A stretch of 64,000 nt of DNA. Source: the human T2T-CHM13v2.0 reference genome, Homo sapiens. The stretch lies in assembly GCF_009914755.1 (NCBI RefSeq), contig NC_060927.1, one strand, 5' to 3'. Each line of letters opens with the position of its first letter. The stretch's first letter is position 1. Below the pieces are notes generated by a model that was not told where the DNA came from, made no database searches, and saw only the letters and a program-made list of their open reading frames with translations. Made by a program: the position numbers and the translations under genes. Shown piece after piece: positions 14,801 through 26,479 of the stretch.

Positions 14801-15322
14801 TAAATCATTCTACTATAAGGACACATGCATATGTATGTTTTTTTGCAGCACTACTTAGAATAGCAAAGACTTGGAACCAACCCAAATGCCCATCAATGTT
14901 AGGTTGGATAAAAAAAAAAGTGGCACATATACACCATAGAATACTATGCAGCCATAAAAAAGAATGAGTTCATGTCCTTTGCGGGACATGGATGAAGCTG
15001 GAAACCATTATTCCTAGCAAACTAACATAGGAACAGAAAACCAAACACCACATGTTCTCACTCATAAGTGGGAGCTTAACAAGGAGAACACATGGACACA
15101 GGAAGGGAAACATCACACAGTAGGGCCCGTCAGGGGTTTGGGGGTAAGGGGAGGGTGAGCATTAGGAGAAATACCTAATGCATGCGGGGCTTAAAACCTA
15201 TATAACGGGTTGATGGGTACAGCAAATTACCATGGTAGATGTATACCTATGTAACAAACCTGCATGTTTTGCACATGTATCCCAGAATTTAAAGCATAAT
15301 GAAAAATAGATAAATAAAAAAT
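11805..15322 (+). mobile_element. 5'-truncated L1PA8-like LINE-1 (disrupted ORF2 EN-RT-C plus 3'UTR and A tail)
   Basis: ORF2 peptide fragments ([36 protein letters not shown]) with many stops and frameshifts. 3'UTR 'ctaatgcatgcggggcttaaaacct' is typical of L1PA8-age elements. Confidence 0.92.
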
Positions 15323-15852
15323 AAAAGATGGTACGAATACACAATGGAATATTATTCAGGCATAAAAAAGAATGAAATACTGTCATTTGCAGCAACTGCA
15401 ATGGTACTGAAGGTCATTATGCTAAGTGAAATAAACCAAGCACAGAAAGACAGATATTGCATGTTCTTACTCAAATATAAGAAAAAAAAAAAGAAATCAT
15501 GGAGATAAGAGTAGAATCATGGTTACCAGAGGATGGGAAGGGTAGTGGGAATGGGGCTGGGTAAGGGATGTTTAATGGGCAGAAAAATACAGTTAGATAG
15601 AAGGAATAAAACCTAGTGTTTGGTAGCACAATACGGTGACTATAGTTAACAATAATTTATTGCATATTTCAAAATAAATAAAGAATAGAATTAACGTTTC
15701 TAACAAAAACAAATAATCAATGTTTCAGGTGATGAATATCCAAATTACCCCAATTTGACCACCATACATTGTATAGTTGTAGCAAATATTACCTGTACTC
15801 CATAAATATGTTCAACTATTATGTATACATGTAATAATTAGAAATAAAAATT
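15323..15852 (+). mobile_element. L1MA 3'UTR, continuation (begins with the duplicated 226 bp)
   Basis: 'cagttagatagaaggaataa..gtgactatagttaacaataatttattg..ggtgatgaatatcc' then an A-rich tail. Confidence 0.9.
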
Positions 15853-16016
15853 CAAGAAATAATAATTCTTCCAACTAAAAACACTTTTGGATAAATGTTC
15901 AAATACAAAATGGATACTATAGAATTTCTGTAAAGAAAAAAGATAATGCAAATGCTGCATACCAGCTTCTATGACATGCATTTAAACAGTAACTTGGGGG
16001 AAAGTATAGATTTAAA

Positions 16017-16381
16017 GATAAACAGAGCCAATAGGAGATATGAAAATATACATGTATCTATATCTCTATGTATGGAGAGCGAGAGTAAGAGACAGATTTA
16101 GGTTAAATAATTGACTCACATGATTGCGAGCTTGCTAAATCCAAAATCTGCAGTGTCAGGCAGATTGGAAAATCAAGAAAGAGTTGATCATGTAGTGTTA
16201 GTCTGAAGGTAGTCTGCTGCCAGACTTTCTGTTCATTAGGTTTGTCGCTTTTTTTTTTTTTCCATTAAGGGCTTCAACTCTTTGGATGAGGCCCATGGAT
16301 ATTATAAATATCTAGCATAAGATTTGATCAAATAGTTGGATATCACAGCATAGGCATGTTGACATAAAACTAACTGCCACA
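16017..16381 (-). mobile_element. ERVL LTR fragment (MLT2C/D-like)
   Basis: 'aacagagccaataggagat', 'tccaaaatctgcag', 'ttggatgaggccca', terminal 'ttgacataaaactaactgccaca'. Confidence 0.75.
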
Positions 16382-18999
16382 ATCCATGTCAATAAAAAAA
16401 TACTTAATGTCTAACAGGACAAAGAGAAACCTATGAGAAATCTCAGGAAATCATAAAATACATTTTTAAGCAAGTTAACAAAATAAAAAAATTACAGGTA
16501 ATTATTTTGAAACCATTATATATATGGAAACAACTTATAATAATGTGATCCATGCTATGTTTGTAAATAAAATGTTTACATGTTCAGAAGCTGAGCTTGC
16601 ATTATCACTTTTTTAAACGTGAAAATAATGTAATCCACAAATTATTTTATTTCACTAATGAAAATTTTATTTTATACACTTGATTGTAGAATTATCTGTT
16701 CTAAATTCAATTGGAAATCAGAATGTTTCATGTATTGTTATAATAATGAATATATTATGCCAGATTGAAGCTGTAACACTTATTTGATGTGAAGCAAAAT
16801 TTTAAGTTCTGGAGTTTATGAAATGCCAAACAATAAAAAAAACTGGAAAGGTTTCTATGAAGAGTTTAAAATTATTCTAATCTAACTTTTTGTTTCATTA
16901 TAAAACTTTAAAAAAGTTATAAATGTGTAATGTCTGTGCTATTTACATATATAAAAGATCAGATTGAAGCTTTCACTAAACATGATCCTCTACCAAATTA
17001 GTGGATAAAGAGATAATTAGATAACTGAAAGAAAAGAGTAACAGTGTCCATAAAAAGATCAAGTTCACAAAAATGAGCTCTAAAAAAGCTTCAGTGCTGA
17101 CTTTGTTTTAGATGTCTGAAGTTAAATCAACATGGTTGTCATAATTTATATTTTAAATATTGCATCATTTTCACCTACGCACCATATGGTGTATCAAATG
17201 ACAATGTAAGAGTCCATCAGCATAAGAGTAAAAACTGCCACCATTAAATCAATCCCATTACAGAAGGAATGAAAAATAAAAATATGATTTTAGTATAGCA
17301 AACCAGATGTTCTTTCATGAGTTCATGAAATTAAGAACTATATAAACCTGCAACATAATTAAATGTATCATCAGGCCTTACAGAATCTAAGATTAGGTTT
17401 GATTTAATGAAGGCTTCCAAAAAATTTGACTCAGGATATGTTTCTCTTCTATATTCGAAAGATAAAGTTAGTTCTGTTGATAGTTTAATAGTAAATCAGA
17501 GTAGAAATGTGGTTTACAAATAATCTAAATGAAAAACTATCCTCAGTCATCTTGAAAGAAAAGCCTAAAACAGAATAATGCCATTGTTGTCCTCTAAGAA
17601 GCTGCAATTAGGTATTTTTTTAAAAAATCTAAATTTACTGTAAAATTGATCTAAAGTGTAACTTGTGAAAAAGTTAGTCAGGTGACATTTAGTTGATATC
17701 AACATACATAAATATTAATAATAAACTGAACTTTATAGAAGTTGATCTTAGGAGAAGCTTTATTGTTAGCTTTATTTTCAATAAGTTTTCTAATACTATT
17801 TATTTTCCATGACAAGGTATTGAAAAGTAACCAAAAATATAGAAAATTAAACCCTTTATTTTTCATATATAAAACCTGATCCTACCAAAAAATTAGATCT
17901 TTTAAAAAGAGAGTGAAAAAAATTATTTTTTAACACCACATCTAACCATATATTCGGGTTTAAACAAGTTTTAGCCTTGTTCTTTGGGTATTGTAAAAGT
18001 TGTTAATTTAAAAAAAAAAAAAAAACAAGATTTTATGGTGCATTCATTTGCCTGAATGTGTGTATTTGTAAAGATGTAAAAATTGCATTCATAATAATGT
18101 TACAGTATTTCTTTTAAATTTATAGGCAGATGGTATGGGTAATACAGACAAAGAAAATTATATTTAAGCTGATTGACAAAGTTAGAATTTTTTATCATAT
18201 TAGGAGCAATTTTCAAATAAAAATCTATGAAAGCTTTATTTCTTTTATAATTTTTCATATAGTTCAATAGTAGAGATTAAATTCTTACAGTCAAAAGTTG
18301 AAAAGAATTACATGTGTATGTAAAATAGCCTAATGCAATTTAACATATCCTATTTTTGTTAGATGCAAGACAGCATAAAATGAAATAATGGATACTTTAA
18401 CGTTGCTTGCTGACAGAGAGCCTATATGAGGAGATTTAACATTCCTACATGACTTCTAAAACATTTACTGAGAAGTATAAAAAATGAATAACTTATTTCA
18501 GCAATTTCTGCAAGTTTCAAAAGTTGTAAGGGAGTTTATTTTTCGCTTTAGTGGACTCCACTTTAATCAATTAATAATTTGAAATAAATTAATGCATTAT
18601 TGTAAAAAACACAATTAAAGCATTAAATAACAGTACCTCTAAAAGACACAGCAATTTAAGTGTATTAACACAAACAAATATTTGTAGATGTATTTTTTAA
18701 AGAAAGTATGAATCCAATTTTTGGCTTATGTACCAGAAAAAAAAATAGTGTGACCACTCTGTGTTAATCTCCATCTTCCACCCACCTCACTGCAGCCTCA
18801 GCAATGAGAAGCTGATCTGCAGTTTCAGAGGGCAAGCAGCTCCTGAGATAATATTGATGAAGATGGGCAAGATATTAGCAGCCAAGCACACCAGTTTTCC
18901 AGATCTATGATTTGTTTTTCTGCCTGAAGTGTATCTAGAGAGAGAAAGTTACAGAGGTTTTCTTTCAAATTTAATCTGTCAACCAATTCTGTGGACTCA

Positions 19000-19930
19000 A
19001 ACTTCAAAATGTATTCAGAAATTTAACATTGTTATCACTTCCATCTCATCCAAGTAAACTTCAGCTCTTGACTCTTAGCAGGTCTTTCTGTTTTTGCCTG
19101 TAGCAACACTAGAATCTTCTCTCCACAGAGTAGCCAAAGTCATCTTTACATATATAACTCATAATGTTCACTGTATGATCCTGGCAAGAGTTGTCTTCTG
19201 CCTTTGCGTTAGGAAAGAGTTTTGGAATAGACTATAACAGCTTTCATAAAACCATATGTCATTTTCCTTTTATAAGTTTTATTCGGGATATTGACTTTGG
19301 TTTCTCACTTTAATTATCAACACCTTTGAATTCTTTTGATTCTCCTCTTTTTGTATCTACTTTTATTTTTCCATGGGATTGCTTCCTTCTTTCAGTACTC
19401 TCATGTGCTGAAGCATGATAGAATTGGGGAGTGGCCCACATTCCTTGAAAAATCCTCATGGGTGAATGGATGACTTGTACTGCTTAGGACCATCTGGAGA
19501 AGGATAAATAACTTACTGCTCAAAATAAAGTATAGTGGGTTTTCACATCACTCAGGAAAAAAAAGGGAGGTCTCATTAACAGTACGGGTTTTGGAACCTT
19601 GCTTTCCCTGCGTTGCTTATTCCTTTCCAACACCTTGGCCTTCCTGGTATCCTTTCAACACTGCCACTACATCAGGCCTTTTGTTCTTGCTGTTTCCTTT
19701 GCCAGAAATGCTCTTCTCCAGATTTCCTCATAGCTTTCCATGTAACATTCAGGCCATACTACAAAATACAATTTTCTGTGAAGCCTTCTGAGAGATTCTA
19801 TCTCACCAGTACCTCCTATCACTCTCTGTTCTCTTGTAGTTTCAGTTTTCTTCTCAGAATCTATTAGCTATATCTAAAAAATTATCTGCACATAATGAAG
19901 CATTGAACAAACAATTTTTAGCAAATTAAT
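19000..19930 (+). mobile_element. L2 fragments
   Basis: 'tctccacagagtagccaaagtcatcttt', 'ggccttttgttcttgctgtttcctttgccagaaatgctctt', 3' end 'gcacataatgaagcattgaacaaa'. Confidence 0.55.
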
Positions 19931-20121
19931 GATTATGATTTATATTATGTATAGGATAATATAGGATAATTCCTATCAAGCCAATTTTCCCTAGTTCCTG
20001 TTCTGTATTTCTCTCCATTCTGGGCTATAAAGCTGCCTTTAAGTATTAAGTTTGGGAAAAAAAAGAATCATTTTACATTTGCAGAGTACAGACTCTCCAA
20101 AATTATAGTCCCTGATTCCCT

Positions 20122-20297
20122 ACAGTGGAATGACTTGTGTTACCTAGTAAATGCAGATTTTTGCTGCTTTCAGGAACTCCAAAAGTTAACTGAATCAGAA
20201 ACTCTAGGGGTGGTCATCTGAAACTTTCATTTTTTAATGAAACTTTCATTTCATTTGAGGCGATTTTTATTCACACTGAAGCTCAAGAACAACTGCA
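20122..20297. mobile_element. MER5-type hAT-Charlie MITE
   Basis: 'aatgcagatt', 'actgaatcagaaactctaggggtgg', terminal 'caagaacaactg'. Confidence 0.7.
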
Positions 20298-21460
20298 TAA
20301 TAGCTTTACTTCTGTTCTGTCATTTTTATTAAACTGATTTGTACTCTCCTCTTTCCATGAAAAACCTCTGATAATACAGGGTTATAAATAAGTAAAATTT
20401 TTGTACTTCAAGATCTTCAAAGCACAATATTAAATGCATTACTGTTGTGAATCTTAGAATATTTAAAAAATAGGAGGAAGTCTCTGAATTAGTATCAGAA
20501 CTGTTTTCTGCTTGTTACTGAGTTTATCATGATGATAGGATAGTGTTAGAATTGAAAGAAGACTGGAAAAATATTGTATTATTTTCACTTCTATAATCAC
20601 TGTGATACATTCTTTGTGCATATCAAATTTTAAATTTCCTAAATCCCATTTTATTATGGCTACTATGTCACCAATAAAGCATTCCAAGATCATTCAATGC
20701 AAGTTAATTCTATTATTTCATAAAATATGAGTTTCTATCTTCATTTAACTTTCTGTAGGAATTCACTGTCCAAAGAAAATGTCAACTCAACAGTATGTAT
20801 TATAGTATTTACAATTATTAATATACTTTCTCACAGATTTAAATTTTTAATGTATAGTGTTGCATTTGTCACCTAGTAAAAGTTTTATTAAAAATAGCTT
20901 TCAATATACATGTAATAAGATTTTGTGCATGACCCTGCATAAGAGAATATATGTACATATGTACAGATATCAAAAATATATGCATATAAATATAAAAATA
21001 TACATAAATTTAAGCATACATATAAATGTGTACATATGTGTTTGTGTGTTACTTTTCAATATATAAACAGAATGTTCTAGTTCTTTATAGAGGGCCAGAC
21101 AAAAAATAAGGGAATGAGGGAATGGGTATATATACATAGAAACATACCTAGTGTTCTCATATACATTTCTGAATACTTCTTTCATTTATTTTTAAGATTC
21201 ATTTTAATGGATGTAATAATGCAAAAAAATCAGTAAAATAATACTCTAGATATAAAATATGAAATTAGAGGACAATCAAAATGTATTTAATACATGTTCT
21301 TATAACACAAATCCATAGCAGCTTACTTAGCCACATGGTAAGCAAATATATAACACCTTAATAATAAAGAATGAGTGTGAAATATGGTGGCTCCTCTACA
21401 AATTTTCACATGACTCTCAGTCTTCAATATTATTATTGCTAAACCTCTGCTTCATTAGGC

Positions 21461-21570
21461 CTATGTGAATTGTCTACAATAAATAAAAATGATTATTTTA
21501 TCTTCTCATTGAAGCTATATAAATTGTCTGCAAAAAATTTAAATGATTATTATTTTATCTTCTATTGACG
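21461..21570 (+). repeat. Two-copy ~55-bp imperfect tandem duplication
   Basis: 'ctatgtgaattgtctacaataaataaaaatgattattttatcttctcattga' repeats as 'ctatataaattgtctgcaaaaaatttaaatgattattattttatcttctattga'. Confidence 0.8.
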
Positions 21571-22210
21571 TGTAAACTAAAACATTGTCATATGGCTGAG
21601 TAACTGTTATGATTTTTAGCAACTTCAGATTTTTCATATAATAATGATTCTACTTAACTAGCACTTTAAAATATAGCAAACACTTGATCATATATCACCT
21701 AATTCAGTCCCTAACAAGCAAATTACTATGATGTATTTAAAATAGACATTATAATCCTTCATTTCATACTATGCAAAAGAATTACCACAGCAAATTGCCT
21801 AAGATTAGACTTTGTATTGGACATGCTGACAATGCAGAAAGATTCATATTTGAAATGGTCAAATTAGAAAAAAATCTAAGTAATTTTCTGTCTATATATT
21901 TTATATATATAAATATTACATGTTTATTTGCTTTTTGGTCTTGTTTTTGTTTTTATGAAACAGGAAAGAAAGACATTTTGATGAGTTGACAAAAAAGGAA
22001 GTCAGAAGTCAGAAGAAAGGATATTGTGATCACATGGGGACAGAGAGAATATCTCTAAAAATCACTCTGAACTTTTGATGACCTTGATTTACACAAGAGA
22101 ATGCCTGCACTGACAAAATAAACACAAGGGAAAGGCTTTTGCTGTTACTGTTAAATATTATTCTGCACATCAAATATGTGTATTTAGTGTTTCAAAACTG
22201 TTATTAAACA

Positions 22211-22890
22211 GGCTGAGCATGGTGGCACACACCTGTATTCCTAGCAATTTAGGAGGCTGAGACAGGAGTATCACTTGAGGCCAGGAGTTAAAGAACAACC
22301 TGGGCAATATAGCAAGATCCTGTCTCTACAAAAAAAAAAATAAAATAAACTTAGCCACATGTATTAGGCTGTTCTCATACTGCTGTAAAGAACTGTCCAA
22401 GAATTTATAAATGAAAGAATTTTAATTGAATCACAGTTCAGCATGGTTAGGGAGGCCTCAGGAAACTTACAATCATGGTGGAAAGGGAAGCAAACACGTC
22501 TTTTTTCACATGGCAGCAGAACAGAGAAGTGCAGAGGGAAGGGGAGGAAAAGCCCCTTATAAAACCATCAGATCTCTTGAGAATTCACTATCATGAGAGC
22601 AGGATGGAGGTAACTGCCCCCCATAATTCAATTACCTCCCACTGGGTCCCTCCCATGACACATGGGGATTATGGGAAGTACAACTCAAGATGAGATTTGG
22701 GTGGGGACACAGTGAAACTATATCATCAGGCATAATGGTGAGTACCTTTCATCCCAACCACTTTAGAGACTGAGATGTGAGGATGGCTTGAGCCCAGCAG
22801 TTTGAGGTTGCAGTAAGCTGTGATTGCACCACTACACTCCAGCCTGAGTAACAGAGCAAGACCTTGTCTCGGGGGGAAGAAAAAAAAAAA
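22211..22890 (+). mobile_element. AluJ split by a THE1 LTR (left arm 22211-22359, right arm 22726-22890)
   Basis: Left arm ends 'aaacttagccaca'. Right arm resumes 'tcaggcataatggtg..gcttgagcccagcagtttgaggttgcag'. A (TA)n tract follows to ~22927. Confidence 0.9.
22360..22725 (-). mobile_element. THE1D-like MaLR solo LTR
   Basis: 'tgtattag..gaggcctcaggaaacttacaatcatgg..gagatttgggtggggacacag..tatatca'; TG..CA termini. Confidence 0.92.
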
Positions 22891-23079
22891 ATATATATAT
22901 ATATATAAATAAATATATATATATATAAATTATTATTAAACTTAAAAATTTGGATGTGAAAAAGTTCAAAATAAAATAACTTTCATGAAAAGTTTTTTTG
23001 AAAAATAATTGTGATATGAATTCCAAATCACACATTGTCTAAAATAGTATATACCCAGTGAAGCAAACTTTTTAACTTT

Positions 23080-23240
23080 TATTTGAATATTGATAAATGA
23101 TTTAAGAACACTGGTATAAGATGACCTATATGTTAGCCCCAGCTTTGACCCTAAATAGCCAGTATCTTAAACCATCTGTGCTTCATTTTTTAATCCATAA
23201 AATTAGAGCCTGGATAAAATGTTGCTTAAAATCTCATCCT
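23080..23240 (+). mobile_element. MIR fragment
   Basis: 'cttaaaccatctgtgcttcattttttaatccataaaat' MIR core. Confidence 0.55.
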
Positions 23241-23940
23241 AACTCCTAAGATTCTATGCCCTTAAAGCTTCCTAAAGCAGATTCTAATGCAATAGACTGC
23301 TTCTTCTTTTAGCTCTCAAATATTGTCATGCTGAATATTACTTAGGATAAAAAAGCCATCGCTACATATTCAATTATTCCATTATATATAATGCCTTTTC
23401 AGCTTGGTATTAACAGTGTATGACTGTTTTACCTTTTTAGTTTTTAATCATCGTTCAGATCACCTTAGGAAATGATAATGACAGTTAAAATGGCATTGTC
23501 CACTATTAAGACTCTAACAGTAACATTAGTTTTCTATCTTTGAATAGTTAAATGGAAGACACATATAAATGATTTGAAGTTGTTTTAAAAACACACACTG
23601 TGAAAATATACTTCCTAGATAAGGAGACGGATGTTACCCTGAAAACAGTAAGACCATTGAAATATTTGTTCTTATGTTGATATAATTCAAAAATATTTCT
23701 AGTAGTGGTAGAAATGACCAGTATTCCAGATATGAAGATTTGGGGTATTTTCTTTCTTGAGTGTGAAGTTTCTAAAGTTGTTTAGGATTCAAAATTTTTA
23801 AATACTACTATTAATAGACTTAATAATTGGCAAATATAATAAGAAAAATAAGATATTAAAATACCGTTTCTAGATTACAAAATGCATATTTACTTTAAAG
23901 AGAGAAAATACCCTGAAATTAATATCTGTGCTAAATAGGT

Positions 23941-24232
23941 TTTATTTATTTATTTACTTATTTATTTGAGATACGGTCTTGCTCTGCAGCCCAGGCTGGT
24001 GTGATCGCAGCTCACTACAGCCTCCACCTCCTGGGCTCAAGCAGGTCACCTCCCTTCGTCTCCCACATAGCTGGTACTACAAGCATGCACTGACACACCT
24101 GGCTAATTTTTAAATATTTTGTACAGATGGGATCTCTTGTTCAGGCTGGTTTCAAACTCATGGACTCAAGCAATCCTCCTGTCTCAGCCTCCCAAAGTAC
24201 TGAGATTACAGATGTGAGCCGCTGCACCCAGA
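23941..24232 (-). mobile_element. AluJ
   Basis: Antisense dimer with 'cctcctgggctcaagc' and 'ggactcaagcaatcctcctgtctcagcctcccaaag'; degenerate TSD tgctaaataggtttt / tgctaaccaagtttt. Confidence 0.9.
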
Positions 24233-24759
24233 GTTCTGCTAACCAAGTTTTTAAGCTTCCTGCTGAATTTTTTTAATAAACACCTATGGCCAGTTGTGAT
24301 ATCACTAGCGCTGTGGGAATCAAAGATCCTGTTCACTAACAGCTCTCTCTCACTGCTGGCCCAACACCTATGCTTTAAATAAACATAAGATTTAGTTATA
24401 GGAATCTGTCAAATCTCATTTATAAATTTTCTGTTTAGAGTTTAATGGCTATTCCTCATTTATACAACTCTATATAATCAAAACGTTTCAATGGAATTCA
24501 TATATTTGTATTATTTTAGTTAAAAAATCTACCTAGTTTTTAAATAAGTTAACTGGATGCCTTTATGTTAGCAGTTTTAGTCAGAAATAGGCTAGATTTT
24601 AAATTTTATAGAAATATAATACACAAACTTCACAAATGTGTTCTCTATCCCCTTTCTTTTACAATGAGACTATAAAGGCATAAACAGATAAGATTTCCCT
24701 GTTACTAATGCTTAAGCTAGTGCCCATAGTTACAGAAGTATGCCAGAAATTATGTGTGA

Positions 24760-25100
<341 letters not shown>

Positions 25101-25224
25101 GCGAATGATATTCTTTAATTAATTAATTTATTTATTTATTTTCCCTGACCCCAAAAGCTTATATGCTCCTTAAGGACTAGAAAATTACAAACTTTATTTC
25201 TCCATGGTTTTAGTGGTTGTCAGT

Positions 25225-25550
25225 TGGGATGGTTAATTTTATGTTTCAAGCTGATTGAGTCTTTGGATTCCCAGATATTTAGTTAAAGATTAGTTTCAGA
25301 TGTGTCCGTGAAGTTTTTTCAGAAGAAAGTAGCACTTGAATTGGTTAATTGTATAAAACAAATGTTGCTTCCCAATGTGAAAGGACATCATCAAATTTCT
25401 TGAGGGACTCAATTGAACAAAAAAGTGAAGAAAGGGAGAATTTACTCTCTCTGCCTGACTATATGAGCTGGGACATCAGTCCTGTCTGCCTCTCTGACTA
25501 AAAATTAAATCATTAGCTCTCCTGGTTCTCAGGCCTTAGGACTAAAGCCA
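25225..25550 (+). mobile_element. MLT2D-like 5' LTR (3'-truncated)
   Basis: 'tgggatggttaattttatgtttcaa..cccagatattt..gagctgggacatcagtc..ctcctggttctcaggcct'. Confidence 0.8.
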
Positions 25551-25559
25551 ACTTTGCAA

Positions 25560-26052
25560 AAGCTGTATTTAAAAAAAACCCTTGCAAAGAGATGCCAAAG
25601 CAGCAGGGCCACCCAGCAGAGCTATGAGGATGACACTGCCACCCCAATGGGCCTGAAAGGTGGGGGTCATTGAGCCAAATAGGGTTACTCTCAAAACTGA
25701 AGAACCAGTGTAATTTGTCTTGCTAGGTTTAGGAATTGTCCAGAGACCTTTCTTCTTTTCTATTTTTTAATTTTGGAATGGAAATATCTACCCTATGCCT
25801 ATCCCACTACTGAATTTTGAAAGCACACAGTTGTCTGGTTTCAGAGGTTCACAACTGTAGAGGAATTTTGCCTCAGAAAGAAGAGTAGTGCCAGTTGTAC
25901 CCATAATCTGATACAGGTGAAATTTCTATGAGACTTCGGACTTTAGACTTTAGAATAGAGAGCTGGTACACGTTAAGACTTTTGGGGCTGTTGAGATGAA
26001 AATATGTGTTTTGCATGTGATAAGAACATGAATTTGGTGGGTCGGGGCATAA
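25560..26052 (+). mobile_element. MaLR (MLT1A-type) internal sequence, 3' end
   Basis: 'gttaagacttttggggctgttgagatg..ttttgcatgtgataagaacatgaatttggtgggtcggggcataa' is the conserved MaLR-int 3' end with PPT. Confidence 0.75.
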
Positions 26053-26451
26053 TGTGATGGACTTGTATCCTCCTAAAATTCTTATGTGGAAGTTCTAAGC
26101 CCTAATGTGAAGATATTTGAAGATGGAGCCATTAGAAGGTAATTTGGTTTAAAAGAGCTGAAGAGGATGGGACACTTATCATGGGATTAGTGCCCTTATA
26201 AGAAGAGACATCAGAGAGCTTGCTTCCTCTCTGATTCTCTTGCCATAGCATGCACTGAGGAAAGGTCATGTAAGAACACAGCAGGAAGGCATCAATCGAA
26301 AAGCCAAGAGGAGACCCCTCACCATGATCTAAATCTGCTGGCACCATGTTCTTGAACTTCCCAGTCTCCAGAGCTATGGAAAATAAATGGCTATTGTTTA
26401 GGCCTCCTAGTTTGTGGTATTTTGTTATAGCAACCTGAACAGATGAACACA
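26053..26451 (+). mobile_element. MLT1A/MLT1A0 LTR
   Basis: 'atgggattagtgcccttataagaagagac', 'tgctggcaccatgttcttgaacttcccag', end 'ttgttatagcaacctgaacagatgaacaca'. Confidence 0.85.
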
Positions 26452-26479
26452 GATTTTAGTACTGGCAATGGAGCATGTT

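Noticed and set aside
19340-19530. Pyrimidine tract + cag followed by AATAAA (possible terminal exon)
   Set aside because: It lies among L2 fragments, has no ORF or other support, and such motifs are frequent by chance.
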